From the UHGV virus genome UHGV-0015805: a DNA stretch of 64,000 nt. One strand, given 5' to 3'. The notes below the pieces were generated by a model. That model searched no databases and had not been told where the DNA came from. It worked only from the letters and a program-made list of their open reading frames with translations. The position numbers were made by a program, and so were the translations under genes. This document shows, in pieces, positions 29,287 to 39,494 of this stretch. Positions within the stretch are counted from its first letter, which is position 1. Each line of letters opens with the position of its first letter. The DNA is from a virus.

Positions 29287-29925
29287 TTATTTCACCTCGT
29301 TCTCGTCCGCTCCAACATCTGCCAAAAAGTCAATTTTGCTCAGTCTGCCAATCTGTTGCGTGATGTTCGCGTCGACCTCTTCGCCATTAGAGACCTTTTC
29401 AAGAATCATATTCTCGATAATGCCCTTCTGAGAATCCGAGCAATTCTTGTATGTTTCAATAATGCTCTTTGCGTCCAACTCAAACAAATGCGACAAATCA
29501 GCATCAGAAAGCAAATATCTGTACACCTCGGTCAGATTATGTTGTTCAACAAATTCTGCGTCGGCAATATAAACACTGCCGCTTCTAATGCATTCACTCA
29601 TATTGTTTACAATGATTGCCGCTTCGGTCTCAAGAAAATCACGGTAGTTAAACTGCCCCTCGATTTTCCAAATCATCGTGCCACGCAGAACAAGCGTTCC
29701 TGGCACAAGATTAACAAATCGAATGGTCTTTGTTTTGGTGTTTTGCGGTGCTTCAGCCGCTTGCACTGCGTAAGCAACTGGCGCAGGCTGTGCTTTCAAA
29801 GCCTCCTGCATTGCCGCAATTTGAGCCTGTAATTCCTTTACCTGTTTTTCAAGCAGGGCAGATGTGTCATTGGCGGTTTTATTCGTAGTCTTGGGCTTGT
29901 TAGACCCAGTGGTTTTTCCTGCCAT
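29287..29925 (-). CDS. hypothetical head-associated protein
   Basis: 212 aa. N-terminus QVKELQAQIAAMQEALKAQ is coiled coil. Confidence 0.4.
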   Translation of the reverse strand: MAGKTTGSNKPKTTNKTANDTSALLEKQVKELQAQIAAMQEALKAQPAPVAYAVQAAEAPQNTKTKTIRFVNLVPGTLVLRGTMIWKIEGQFNYRDFLETEAAIIVNNMSECIRSGSVYIADAEFVEQHNLTEVYRYLLSDADLSHLFELDAKSIIETYKNCSDSQKGIIENMILEKVSNGEEVDANITQQIGRLSKIDFLADVGADENEVK

Positions 29926-30000
29926 GTTTATCTCCTTTTATTCCATTTGTTCTTAAATATACAGGAGCGGACTATTAAGCCCGCCCCTATAATGCATTAC

Positions 30001-30855
30001 TTACTGAATGGTATAAACGCCAGCATAAGCAGAAGAAGCATATGCAAACGCATAGCTGATTCTCTGCGTGAAGTTGCTGGTGATGTCGGCATTCATATAG
30101 AAATCATTGCTGTTCGTCAGTTTCGTAGACAGAACGCCCTTCAGCAGTTTGTCCTGAGACGGAGAAACAACATAAATCTTGTTGTCGGGCAGAACGAGCT
30201 GACCGTCAGCGCCAACAGCGTTGTCAAGCTTCAGCACATCAAAGCCCATGATGCTTCTCATAAGCTCAACCTTGCCGTCGCCTTCGCCATCAACATTCAG
30301 ACGATAGCCAGAAGTGCTGTCAGGGATAACATTCATAAGAGCAGTAGCAGAGCCTGCGAACACAGGACGCACACCGCCATTGCGATACTGCACAGTTTCG
30401 CCCATCTTGACAAGCGTCTTGAGGTCGAACGCGCCAGTAACACTCAGAGCACCTGCAGGAATGGTAGCCAGACCAGCAGTCAGAATGTTCAGAGCATCGC
30501 CATACATTGCGGCATTGATGGACGCCACAACCCACATCAGCATTTCGCCAATATCTTCCTTGCCCGCAAGAACATTGTACATCTTAGCAAAGACTGTAAC
30601 AATGCGTTCCTCGGGAGCAACAGTCACATCGGTGGAATAACCGTGCTGTCTAAACGAGGTCCTTTCAGAACGCCCACCTTTTGAAATCAAGTAGTAGCCT
30701 CTTGCAGGCACGCGGAACTTAACCACATCACCAGCGTTTTCAGTACGCATGTCAGCGAACAGGTTAAACTGCGGCAGAATGGTCTGCGGAATAATTGCAC
30801 GGACGGTCGCATTTGCAATCGAAAGTGCAGCAATAATGTTCACATAAAGGCGCAA
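30001..30855 (-). CDS. major capsid protein, exon 2 (3' portion)
   Basis: 284 aa, UUG as first sense codon. HK97-fold MCP-like composition and position. Preceded by intron P7/P9 elements. Confidence 0.5.
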   Translation of the reverse strand: MRLYVNIIAALSIANATVRAIIPQTILPQFNLFADMRTENAGDVVKFRVPARGYYLISKGGRSERTSFRQHGYSTDVTVAPEERIVTVFAKMYNVLAGKEDIGEMLMWVVASINAAMYGDALNILTAGLATIPAGALSVTGAFDLKTLVKMGETVQYRNGGVRPVFAGSATALMNVIPDSTSGYRLNVDGEGDGKVELMRSIMGFDVLKLDNAVGADGQLVLPDNKIYVVSPSQDKLLKGVLSTKLTNSNDFYMNADITSNFTQRISYAFAYASSAYAGVYTIQ

Positions 30856-32299
30856 CCCCTTATGCAGTCTTGTTTCCGTGCGAAACAGACCTCTCGTATT
30901 TTCATACGATGTTCAGACTATATCTTCTTCTTATATATCAATTCTTAAATAATGATGCTCAGTATCGACCAAATACTGCACCCCTTGTTTAATTTGTTCT
31001 TTTGTGGGGACATTTCCCTTGCTCAAAAACCTCAAGACTTTTATCCCTTTGCGCATAGAATAAAAGTCTCTGCGTTTGTCTTGTTCTTTTTTGTTTTTGT
31101 GCCAAAAATACCCATCAAATTCAACATCAATTTTAACATCACCAATAACAAGTAGACAATCATAAATCACTTTATCAAACGGATAAGATGGGAAGCAATT
31201 TTCTTCTCCATACATTTCAATCAAAAGAGCCACCATTTCTTTCTCTGCTTTAGAGCTTGGGATGGTCCCATTGTTAATCATTGTCGCCCAGGATTTATGT
31301 CGCACCTCTGGACTCGATTGGGAACTTTCACCGCCATATCTCTCAACGCAAGTTTTCTTGGCTTTTTTAATTACCCCATCTGATTTAGCAGGGTTGTCTA
31401 CTCCATATTTCTCAAGACATGTTTTCTTAATTTTGTTCTGAATTTCTGGCGACTGCGAAACATTATTAACGCCATACTTTTTTATAATGGTATTTTTTGC
31501 CTTTTCTTTGAATTGTTGAACATGAAACGGCGCAACAGCCCCATATCTTTCGCGCATAGTACGACTTGCTTTTTCTTTAACCTCTTTGTTTCCAAGCGAA
31601 CACTCGATCCCATATTTTTTAATGTTTGTCCGTTTTATTTTTTCGGCAAATCTCGGAGACTGAATCGCTGCTACAACGCCATATTTAGTTTTCATAGTTT
31701 CACGCATTTTAATATTGCCACAGTCTTTACAAGCAGATTTATTGGATTCTTTTATGGAGCTATAATAGTTGTCTATAGTCTTTGTGAAAATTTTATGGCA
31801 ATAGTCACATTCTACTTGTATTTTCTCTTTTGAACCATGGGTAACAAGTTCTGCTGGAACCTCTATCCAATCTTTACAACTCGTAAATGTATATCCAATA
31901 GACTCATAATATTTACGATTATTTGGATTCCATTTAATTTTTATGTATTGCCCTGGTACAATCATAATATCACTCAATTCTTGGTCTGTTTTTGATATAT
32001 AAGAGTTACATTTTTCTTCCCGCATTAGCTTCGGGTTTTACTCCCCCTCAAGGGGATAGTCGTTGGGGGTTTCTCATATGCATTTGTCACATTTTATAGT
32101 GCATCAATACACTTAGAGCTTTCCCTGCGAAAGACCCATTTACATTCACTTAGGATTTAACCATATGAATATCCTCTAACTTTTTTCTGTTTTCACAGCC
32201 ATTCAGCTTGCCTTTTCAAGCTACTGTTTAGGCATAGAGGCTTTAGGGATTCAACGCATTTAACGTAAAGTCTTTACATTTTGCAATATAAAGAGGGCT
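30856..32299 (-). mobile_element. group I intron in the capsid gene with HEG in the P8 region
   Basis: R CAACGACUAUCCCC (plus 32052-32065) and S AAGAUAUAGUCUGAAC (30915-30926) bracket the HEG. P9-like hairpins CGUAUgaaaAUACG and GUUUCgcacGGAAAC before exon 2. Confidence 0.5.
30931..32025 (-). CDS. intron-encoded DUF559/Vsr-like (PD-(D/E)xK) homing endonuclease with tandem KYG DNA-binding repeats
   Basis: C-terminus PFDKVIYDCLLVIGDVKIDVEFDGYFWH...RRDFYSMRKGIKVLRF. Five or more repeats of the form K.KYGV.N..QSPE...KIKKT. Confidence 0.55.
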   Translation of the reverse strand: MREEKCNSYISKTDQELSDIMIVPGQYIKIKWNPNNRKYYESIGYTFTSCKDWIEVPAELVTHGSKEKIQVECDYCHKIFTKTIDNYYSSIKESNKSACKDCGNIKMRETMKTKYGVVAAIQSPRFAEKIKRTNIKKYGIECSLGNKEVKEKASRTMRERYGAVAPFHVQQFKEKAKNTIIKKYGVNNVSQSPEIQNKIKKTCLEKYGVDNPAKSDGVIKKAKKTCVERYGGESSQSSPEVRHKSWATMINNGTIPSSKAEKEMVALLIEMYGEENCFPSYPFDKVIYDCLLVIGDVKIDVEFDGYFWHKNKKEQDKRRDFYSMRKGIKVLRFLSKGNVPTKEQIKQGVQYLVDTEHHYLRIDI

Positions 32300-32542
32300 T
32301 CAAATTCTTACCCACTGAACAGACGGATGGTTAATCCACGCATCCTGCTCAAGCCCTTCACGAGCAACGCCAGACTTGCGCTCAACCTCAGACATAAAAG
32401 CGGTCTGAAGCAGACCCTTCTTCTCAGAGGAGCGCTCTTTATCTACAACATAAGACATTGCTGCTTCATAGAAATCAGTGTTCCCAGCAGCAAACTTAAT
32501 CAGTTCTTGATTCGTCAGCATATTATAATATTCTCCTTTCAA
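32300..32542 (-). CDS. major capsid protein, exon 1 (putative; 3' end inside the intron)
   Basis: 80-aa ORF immediately upstream of the intron. MCP N-arm-like sequence. Could instead be a separate small protein. Confidence 0.35.
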   Translation of the reverse strand: MKGEYYNMLTNQELIKFAAGNTDFYEAAMSYVVDKERSSEKKGLLQTAFMSEVERKSGVAREGLEQDAWINHPSVQWVRI

Positions 32543-32552
32543 AGTTTCTTAA

Positions 32553-33104
32553 TTAGTGATAGTTCGCCATGCAGCGCAGGAGAACAGCGGGAACTTCCTC
32601 GAAACCGCACTTAATGGTCGTCAGACCCTCAATGCGGAAGTAAGCGCCAGACTCAGGAGCATCAGCTGCGGGTGCAGCATACTTGCCGTCAGCAGCAGGA
32701 GCAACATACTTGCCAATGTCGCCAACTACGGGCAGAGTGCCAGCGGCAAACAGTTCTTTAGTGATTTCAAAGCAGTCAACACCGCCCATGACAGCCCGCA
32801 GGCTCATCGGCTTGCCAGCTTCATTGTAGAAGTAGCGCGGGTCGTCGTGAATCTGCGTCTCGAGCGTGTAACCAAGCTCGGGGCTCTCAACGAGCCAAAC
32901 ATTATCAGCGCCAGCCGTTGCGGGCTTAACCGCATAGTCGTAACCCTGCACTGCGCCAGTAGTCGCATTCTTGCGAATGCCATCAAGAGTGACAAGCTGA
33001 CCATTATCAAGGTCGCCGTCTGCATATACGCCGCACATAGTCAGCGCATCATTGTCCCACGCCATCAAGTGCGAGGAAATCAGAATGCCATGATTCTTAG
33101 CCAT
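32553..33104 (-). CDS. hypothetical head protein
   Basis: 183-aa ORF. Confidence 0.4.
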   Translation of the reverse strand: MAKNHGILISSHLMAWDNDALTMCGVYADGDLDNGQLVTLDGIRKNATTGAVQGYDYAVKPATAGADNVWLVESPELGYTLETQIHDDPRYFYNEAGKPMSLRAVMGGVDCFEITKELFAAGTLPVVGDIGKYVAPAADGKYAAPAADAPESGAYFRIEGLTTIKCGFEEVPAVLLRCMANYH

Positions 33105-33122
33105 ATTATTTAATCTCCTATC

Positions 33123-34784
33123 TTAATAATTTTCTTTGATTCTGTCCCATACATTCATGGTAGACATATCTTTCTTTTGAATTTCAATCGGTTTAGAGAA
33201 AGCGAAGATTTTATCTGCGTCTTTCTTTGCCGCCTTTTTGAACGCATTAAAGCACTGTGCCTTAACCTTATTACCAAAAGCATCAATCTCGTCCTTGCCA
33301 CAAGCAAGTCCCTCGGCACGCAGTTCCTGATATTTGTCGGCATCAAGATAATCCTTGACTTCATCCAAAATATCTTCAACGCGCTTAGCAATCTCTTTTT
33401 CTTCAATCGCCGCCTTGTATGCTTTCAGTTCGTCAAGCTCTTTTCTCAACTCGTCGATTTCGGCATCTTTCTGCATAATAATTGCGTCTTTTTCGTCGGG
33501 CTCATCTTCAGACTTGCCCTCTTCACCCATGAGATGTTTGAACTCTTCAGGGCAAGAGAACCGCTTAATATCATCGGTTTCGACAAACTCAATGTCAACT
33601 TTGACCATTTCATCGTCCATGAACAGCCCATCTTCCGTATAGCTAAAATTGATACGGAATCTGTCGCCGTCATCATTTCTGACAATCACAAACTTTTTAT
33701 TATCCTGTTCAAAAATGCCGTCAATGTACCAACGCCAATCATAATTTCTTGCACGAAGCTCATCATTGATTTTCGTCCACATAAGATTGAGGTCAACAGC
33801 CGCAAATGCAACTTCTTTGCTCATTTTTTCATCGTCCTCCTTTCCCTCTTCGTTCAAATCTAATTCATCATAGATTTCTTTTAATTTATTCAAAACCTCC
33901 TGCTCGTCATTCTGTTTAGCATAAGCCAAAGCAGAAGCAAGAGCACGAGTTGAATAACGCCATTCGCCGTCGAACAGCCCCATTACGGGGTAGCCAAGCT
34001 TAGTCACCTCTCTGTCCTCCCAGCCTTCCTCAAGATTGAGACAGACCTTTGGTGCGAGAGATTTATAATTCTTCTCTTTAATCAAATCTTGCTTGGCCTT
34101 GTTTCCATCCCACTCACCAGTATAAACGGCGTCTTTAGAAGTGTTGATGGGATGAGATACATATTTCTTTTCAGCCATAGATTGTTTCCTCGTTTCAACA
34201 AATTTGGTTAGATTAGATACGGCATTTGTAGCACTGGCAAAATAAGCATCAGCCTCTTCTGCTGTGAACCGCACCATCTGTATATCTGCATCAGGACATG
34301 AACCGTTCACCTTTTTCCCAAGACAAGTTAGTCCAAAGATATCAAATGCTATAACCTCATGTTCGTCATCATCTTCTGTGTCAACTGTCATTTCCACAGA
34401 ACTATTACGCAAATTGTCAAATTCAAAAATATCGTTAAAATCTTTTCCATATTTTTTACTGACAACCGAATAAGCATATGCCTTGGTCACACCTGCATCT
34501 TCAACAAACTCAATGTCTTGTTCTATAGGAAAATAGCCATATATAATTTCATCGTATTCATGACTCATTGCATCGCCAAATCGCACCTTAGCCACAAGGA
34601 AATTGCCAAGAATGGTGCCAGCATATTCCCGCAATACATCATCGTTAATGTTCAGCTCGTGTGCGTTTGGTTTGGTGCTAAGAAAGCAACACTTATACAC
34701 GGCGAATTTATGCTCTGGATAGGCATCTGTCCAATGAGGAATTTCTACGGCGTCCTCCATTTGAAACCTTACATTTTTTCTCAA
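33123..34784 (-). CDS. head morphogenesis protein (scaffold-like acidic coiled-coil C-terminus; possible protease/scaffold fusion)
   Basis: 553 aa. The C-terminal third is very acidic coiled coil (EEGKEDDEKMSKE...DELRKELDELKAYKAAIEEKEIAK). Sits between portal and capsid. Confidence 0.35.
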   Translation of the reverse strand: MRKNVRFQMEDAVEIPHWTDAYPEHKFAVYKCCFLSTKPNAHELNINDDVLREYAGTILGNFLVAKVRFGDAMSHEYDEIIYGYFPIEQDIEFVEDAGVTKAYAYSVVSKKYGKDFNDIFEFDNLRNSSVEMTVDTEDDDEHEVIAFDIFGLTCLGKKVNGSCPDADIQMVRFTAEEADAYFASATNAVSNLTKFVETRKQSMAEKKYVSHPINTSKDAVYTGEWDGNKAKQDLIKEKNYKSLAPKVCLNLEEGWEDREVTKLGYPVMGLFDGEWRYSTRALASALAYAKQNDEQEVLNKLKEIYDELDLNEEGKEDDEKMSKEVAFAAVDLNLMWTKINDELRARNYDWRWYIDGIFEQDNKKFVIVRNDDGDRFRINFSYTEDGLFMDDEMVKVDIEFVETDDIKRFSCPEEFKHLMGEEGKSEDEPDEKDAIIMQKDAEIDELRKELDELKAYKAAIEEKEIAKRVEDILDEVKDYLDADKYQELRAEGLACGKDEIDAFGNKVKAQCFNAFKKAAKKDADKIFAFSKPIEIQKKDMSTMNVWDRIKENY

Positions 34785-34819
34785 TGTTCATCCTCCTTTC
34801 CTCAAGGATAGCAAATATA

Positions 34820-34999
34820 TTAAAGCTCAATGCCGTTATCGGCACAGAACTTCAACATCTTTTTAGTGCGCTTGAACCACAAGCTACCATCATCATCTTT
34901 CCACTCAGGAATGTTACCTGCCTGATGCGCCATAAACGCCAAATTGCCATCAAGGCATACATATTTACTCACATCGGCAGGTGTGCCAAGTAGAATCAT
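34820..34999 (-). CDS. small protein, paralogue A of a 60-aa family
   Basis: Start MILLGTPADVSKYVCLDGNLAFMAHQAGNIPEWKDDDGSLWFKRTKKMLKF with AAGGAG RBS. Paralogous to 36722..36907. Confidence 0.4.
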   Translation of the reverse strand: MILLGTPADVSKYVCLDGNLAFMAHQAGNIPEWKDDDGSLWFKRTKKMLKFCADNGIEL

Positions 35000-35000
35000 G

Positions 35001-35516
35001 TTAGTTGGACTCCTTGAGAATCCAGAAGTCAGGAACATCGTGGTCATAAGCGCCGATTCTTTCATCGCCATAAATGACCATCTTATCATTGAGCAAAATT
35101 ACCTGCTCGACGATTTCATTTACATCCTCCAGCATATCCAGCAAATCGGCATAAACATGGATATCGTTGTTATCAAGCGCAATTTTGCATGCGCCCATAA
35201 ACATTATCTGGAAATCAATGACGCGTCGTTCAACCTCAGCAATAATGTCGCTGGCTCTGTCATAATCCTCAGCGCCACTTGGCGTCTCGCCATAGATGAC
35301 GGCGATATTATAGCGCTCAAGGCATCTCTCTGCGATTTTATCTGCCAGCGCTAACGGCCAATGGGCAATCCCGTGATGGATTAAATTTGCAGACTGATTG
35401 CAAGCAAATTTTACACCTAAGACCGAAACGCACCTATCTGTAACTCTGTTGAGAACAAAGCACTGTTTGATTAACTCCATAAGAGCGGACTGTGTGTTAT
35501 TAGATACAATCGTCAT
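35001..35516 (-). CDS. hypothetical protein (possible nucleotide-hydrolase-like)
   Basis: 171-aa ORF, fold not identified. Confidence 0.35.
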   Translation of the reverse strand: MTIVSNNTQSALMELIKQCFVLNRVTDRCVSVLGVKFACNQSANLIHHGIAHWPLALADKIAERCLERYNIAVIYGETPSGAEDYDRASDIIAEVERRVIDFQIMFMGACKIALDNNDIHVYADLLDMLEDVNEIVEQVILLNDKMVIYGDERIGAYDHDVPDFWILKESN

Positions 35517-36555
35517 TGGAATTATCTCCTAATATATTATTTATTTTTGCCTTAAAAGAACCATCCATAATTTCAACATAGCTCAACGCAAGATATTTAT
35601 AGCCACAAGATTTGGCATATTCCATTTTATAGTTATCACGCCATTGCAAATCTTTTAGCCATTCGCCTTGCGTCTTGTCTCCAAGCCAACACTTTGGAGC
35701 ACATGGCAAATAATGCTGTATGCCATGCACCTCTATAATAATATTGTGCCCTACTATTTCATTATCAAACGGCATTCTACTGCCCGTATTCGGATTTATT
35801 GGTACAATAGCGCAAGCGTACTCATGCAATGTCTGCAACCCAAGACACTTATTGATATAGTGTTTAACGGCAAGCTCTATGCTTGAATCGGTCATCTCGC
35901 CCAGGCAATCAGGGCACATTAAATCATAAACCCTTGAATATAAAGCAAGTGCACTTGTCTTATATTCCTTTCCGCACTTAGGACATATAATATAAACGTC
36001 CCTATGGCTTTTTGCAGTAAGCTCATTCGGAGCGCGGTCGTTTTTGTCACTCCAAATATTAGAAAGTTCTACGTCTGGATATTTAGATATCAACGAATCC
36101 ATTAAGCTACCATTTTCTCTTATTGAATTTAACGACCTTTTGTACGCAACATATTCCTTTATAGATTTGAACCCATGCTTCTTACACTCATTACACGCCG
36201 TTATCTTGCCAGATGTCAAATCATATACAGCCACTTCAATGGTGTTCCCACATTTGCATCTACACTTCCATAAAAATCCATTCTTAGTAACTATATATGT
36301 GTTCTCGATTGCGACTAATGTCCCAAATGTTCTGCCTTGCAAATTGGCCGTTCGTCTTATGGATGAATCTTTATCTCTAATGCACCCACAGCTAAGAGAT
36401 GCTCCGCTTTTAAGGTGTGTGCCCATAACAGATTTAATATTGCCACACGAACATCTACATATCCATCTAATATGCCCAGCAGAGTTCTCTTCGTCCTTAT
36501 GCAATACTTGCCATTCTCCAAATTCCAGCCCAGTCAAATCTTTGAATTTCCCCAT
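35500..36555 (-). CDS. free-standing DUF559/Vsr-like homing endonuclease with zinc-finger-like repeats
   Basis: C-terminus RMPFDNEIVGHNIIIEVHGIQHY...RDNYKMEYAKSCGYKYLALSY. CRCSCGN, CRCKCGN, ICPKCGK and CPDCLG motifs. Own GGAGGU RBS. No intron core elements in the flanks. Confidence 0.5.
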   Translation of the reverse strand: MGKFKDLTGLEFGEWQVLHKDEENSAGHIRWICRCSCGNIKSVMGTHLKSGASLSCGCIRDKDSSIRRTANLQGRTFGTLVAIENTYIVTKNGFLWKCRCKCGNTIEVAVYDLTSGKITACNECKKHGFKSIKEYVAYKRSLNSIRENGSLMDSLISKYPDVELSNIWSDKNDRAPNELTAKSHRDVYIICPKCGKEYKTSALALYSRVYDLMCPDCLGEMTDSSIELAVKHYINKCLGLQTLHEYACAIVPINPNTGSRMPFDNEIVGHNIIIEVHGIQHYLPCAPKCWLGDKTQGEWLKDLQWRDNYKMEYAKSCGYKYLALSYVEIMDGSFKAKINNILGDNSNDDCI

Positions 36556-36721
36556 ATAATATCAACCTCCGTTAAAAGTTAATATTAAGCGGTAATCCAA
36601 GTATTAACGGTACTTGAAAACACCCGTCGGTGCTGTCCCGCTGTTCATCCTCATTCAAGCATCTCACGGCTTGCATATTCCCAAATAAAACCTTTTGATG
36701 TTTTTCGCTTTCCTTAATATA

Positions 36722-36907
36722 TCAAGGCTCATAACTAATATCCGCTAAAAACCTCAATAACTTTTTAGTGCGCTTGAACCACAGAAAGCCGTCAGCGTCT
36801 TTATACTTAGGCGGGATTCCTGCGGCATGTGCACCATTCGCAATAGGTCCGTCGAGACAGATATACTGGTCAAGTTCATCGTCTTTTGGACTTCCAAGAA
36901 TAATCAT
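36722..36907 (-). CDS. small protein, paralogue B of the 60-aa family
   Basis: MIILGSPKDDELDQYICLDGPIANGAHAAGIPPKYKDADGFLWFKRTKKLLRF. Confidence 0.4.
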   Translation of the reverse strand: MIILGSPKDDELDQYICLDGPIANGAHAAGIPPKYKDADGFLWFKRTKKLLRFLADISYEP

Positions 36908-36923
36908 ATCTTACCCCTGCTTC

Positions 36924-38492
36924 TTAATCGGCATACAATTCGCGGCTTGCCTCGGTCGCAGCATCTACCGCTCCTTCTTCGCGCGGTCTGCCACCTTCTG
37001 ATTCCTGCGAAGTTGTATTGATGTTTACCATAAGTTGGCTATATTGCTCAAGCCATCCAGTGTTCTTGCTCTCTCTCAAAGCCGCCTCAAACAATGCGGG
37101 GTTCTGCCCTAAAACAGATGCCCAAGCAGATGGCGGCAAAACAATGCCCCTGTCTGCCAATTTGTTAATTTGGTCAAATCTTTGAGTGCGATCATATCTA
37201 TATGTCGCGCCGTCAAATGTAAACTTGAACTTATACTTCTTTGTCATTTGATTAACAAAGAAATCCATAAAGTTGTTAAACTGTGCATACATTGGACGCA
37301 TGGTTTGATAAACTTCGTTCTGTTGCGCCTCAAGTTCCGCCGCGCTTACTCTGTCAGTAGAATAAATAACGCGACTAATGCCAGTGCCACTTGCAGCAGT
37401 TGTAGCAACCTGGTCTTTATACATGTCGCCGTTTTTATCCTCAAACTGGAACAGTTTGTTATCTTCGGTCGGCATTGCCCCCAATTTAACAAGAGAACCG
37501 AATCCCGCCTTTGCCTTTGCCATAAGCTGCCCAAGCAGTTTAAGGTTAATTGCAAACTGGTCTTTTTGTTCGCCCGATTTTGCACCATCATAAAGCCTGA
37601 TTGTGCCGACAAGAATTGCATATGCAGAAATCAGGTCTTTATTATATTGCAGGCGCTCAACTTCTTCGTCTCGAAGAATATTCTTGACAAAAGATGCCAA
37701 GAACGGTACGGGAGAAAATGTTGATGGGTCCATTTTGAAAGTATAGGCTCCAAGAACAGGTGACGCATCTGCCCACAAAGCATATGTGCCAGTTCGCTTA
37801 TTTAATGGCGCAGACGGTTTATAATCAATGCCAGGAGATTCCATGACTCGCTCATACATCTTGCGTACAGCGGGGTCAAATTCGCCAATGTCGACGCCCG
37901 GTTGCATAAAGTATGTCATGTCCATTGAGTAAAGTAAGCCCTTTTCCCAATAGCCCGTAATCATACATCTGTCCTGCGGCATCATCTGCAATGCATACCG
38001 CATTTTCTTATTGCCATTGCCAGGCTTTGATTTGCGGAACCATGTGAAATATGTTTCGCGCCGCATAACATTCATCAGAACATTATGGAATTCTTTCTTG
38101 TAATCAAAGTTAAGAAGAAAGTCCTCGACCCGCGCTTTATCTTTTACATATTCAGCGCTTTCATAGTCCGCCTTTGTATATGCATTTGTGCACACATAAG
38201 ACAGGTCAAGCGCCAAAGAATTTACATAAGAATACAGGGTGCGCTTGAATATCATGTTGAATTGAGCCGCGAACTCATTATACATTTGCAGATTTTCAGG
38301 ACACGAATTAAAATCAACCAATGCCTTTTGAATGGCATCATAAGACGGGACGCCTTTTATTGTATTCAAATTCTGCAAAAGTTCATTTGATAAAAATGGC
38401 GAATAGTAATTAGAATCCATAAAGGCAAGCCCCTCAGAAAACTTTATAATGTCCTCAAGCTCTTCTCTTTCAAGCCTTTCTTTTCCGTTCAC
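36924..38492 (-). CDS. portal protein
   Basis: 522 aa, immediately after the terminase large subunit. Size and position are typical. Acidic C-terminus. Confidence 0.5.
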   Translation of the reverse strand: MNGKERLEREELEDIIKFSEGLAFMDSNYYSPFLSNELLQNLNTIKGVPSYDAIQKALVDFNSCPENLQMYNEFAAQFNMIFKRTLYSYVNSLALDLSYVCTNAYTKADYESAEYVKDKARVEDFLLNFDYKKEFHNVLMNVMRRETYFTWFRKSKPGNGNKKMRYALQMMPQDRCMITGYWEKGLLYSMDMTYFMQPGVDIGEFDPAVRKMYERVMESPGIDYKPSAPLNKRTGTYALWADASPVLGAYTFKMDPSTFSPVPFLASFVKNILRDEEVERLQYNKDLISAYAILVGTIRLYDGAKSGEQKDQFAINLKLLGQLMAKAKAGFGSLVKLGAMPTEDNKLFQFEDKNGDMYKDQVATTAASGTGISRVIYSTDRVSAAELEAQQNEVYQTMRPMYAQFNNFMDFFVNQMTKKYKFKFTFDGATYRYDRTQRFDQINKLADRGIVLPPSAWASVLGQNPALFEAALRESKNTGWLEQYSQLMVNINTTSQESEGGRPREEGAVDAATEASRELYAD

Positions 38493-38513
38493 ACCGCACC
38501 TCCTTTCTGTCCA

Positions 38514-39494
38514 TTAATATACAAGTTGTAAATCGTCAATATCATAATCTTCATCGTCATTGGTCAGGCGTTTATTCCATTCCATTTCGATTTTATCGAT
38601 TACAATATTGACATAAGACATAACAACAACGCGGTCTTTGGTCGCCTTATTGTCTTCTTTAAGATATAGATTGTCTCCCTTTATTTCTGTGTTAAGCTTG
38701 ATTGCTTCCTGAATAAGCAGGTCTGTCTCGCCATAAGGGGCAAGCTTGTCTGCTAATTCTTCTGAGGTCAATTTGAAGTATTCGCCCGAATCTTCAAGCT
38801 CTTGCTGTTTGTCCGCCATAGATACAAGCATCTTTATGTCGTTACATTCAAGATGCTTTCTAAGTGCAAGCCACCAAACACCATTCTTTTGTGCCGAGCC
38901 CTGTGCAGGAATAATGCATGGGACAGCATCTTTATCAACCGTCCGCATACGCAAATCGGCAAGCTTTGATTCTGTTACGAGGTGATAGTTAAAATTCTGA
39001 GCGACTGTCAATCCTCGTGAATCCCACATATAGCCGCGCCTTGGATGCGTCCTTTTTTCGGTCATAAGGTTATATAGTGTTTCGCCGCCCGCTCTAAGGT
39101 CGTTTACAATAAAGTCTGCGTTATAGTCCCAAAACAGCTCTCTAACGCGCCATTGCGCGCCTGTACTGTCTGAGGCGGGCCATTGTTCCATATATTCAAG
39201 ACTACGGATGAACCGACCGTTTTTCCAGACAGCCGACCAGCACTCAATAATTGTATTATCGTTGCCGTATCCCGTCTTAAATGTTGTGTTCGCAAATGCG
39301 TAGTCAACGCCAACAAGCCGTATTTCGTCCGCTTGTTTTTCTCTGAACGGCGGCTTTGTGTTCGCCAATACCTGTGTATCGGTAGGCGGAACATATGCCT
39401 CTGGAATTTCTTGATTGTCCTTAAAATTCTTTAGGCTAAAGAATGCACCTTCGGGACTACCCTGTGTTTCATTTTCCATCTCCATTGAAAACAT
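38514..39494 (-). CDS. terminase large subunit, exon 2 (nuclease domain)
   Basis: LVGVDYAF (first catalytic Asp motif of the terminase RNase-H-like nuclease), further acidic motifs, acidic C-terminal tail. Confidence 0.55.
   Translation of the reverse strand: MFSMEMENETQGSPEGAFFSLKNFKDNQEIPEAYVPPTDTQVLANTKPPFREKQADEIRLVGVDYAFANTTFKTGYGNDNTIIECWSAVWKNGRFIRSLEYMEQWPASDSTGAQWRVRELFWDYNADFIVNDLRAGGETLYNLMTEKRTHPRRGYMWDSRGLTVAQNFNYHLVTESKLADLRMRTVDKDAVPCIIPAQGSAQKNGVWWLALRKHLECNDIKMLVSMADKQQELEDSGEYFKLTSEELADKLAPYGETDLLIQEAIKLNTEIKGDNLYLKEDNKATKDRVVVMSYVNIVIDKIEMEWNKRLTNDDEDYDIDDLQLVY

Noticed and set aside
36556-36721. Possible fifth intron upstream of the 35500..36555 HEG
   Set aside because: The minus-strand RNA here shows only a simple hairpin (CCGUUAA...UUAACGG) and an RBS. 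No P, Q, R or S motifs are present.
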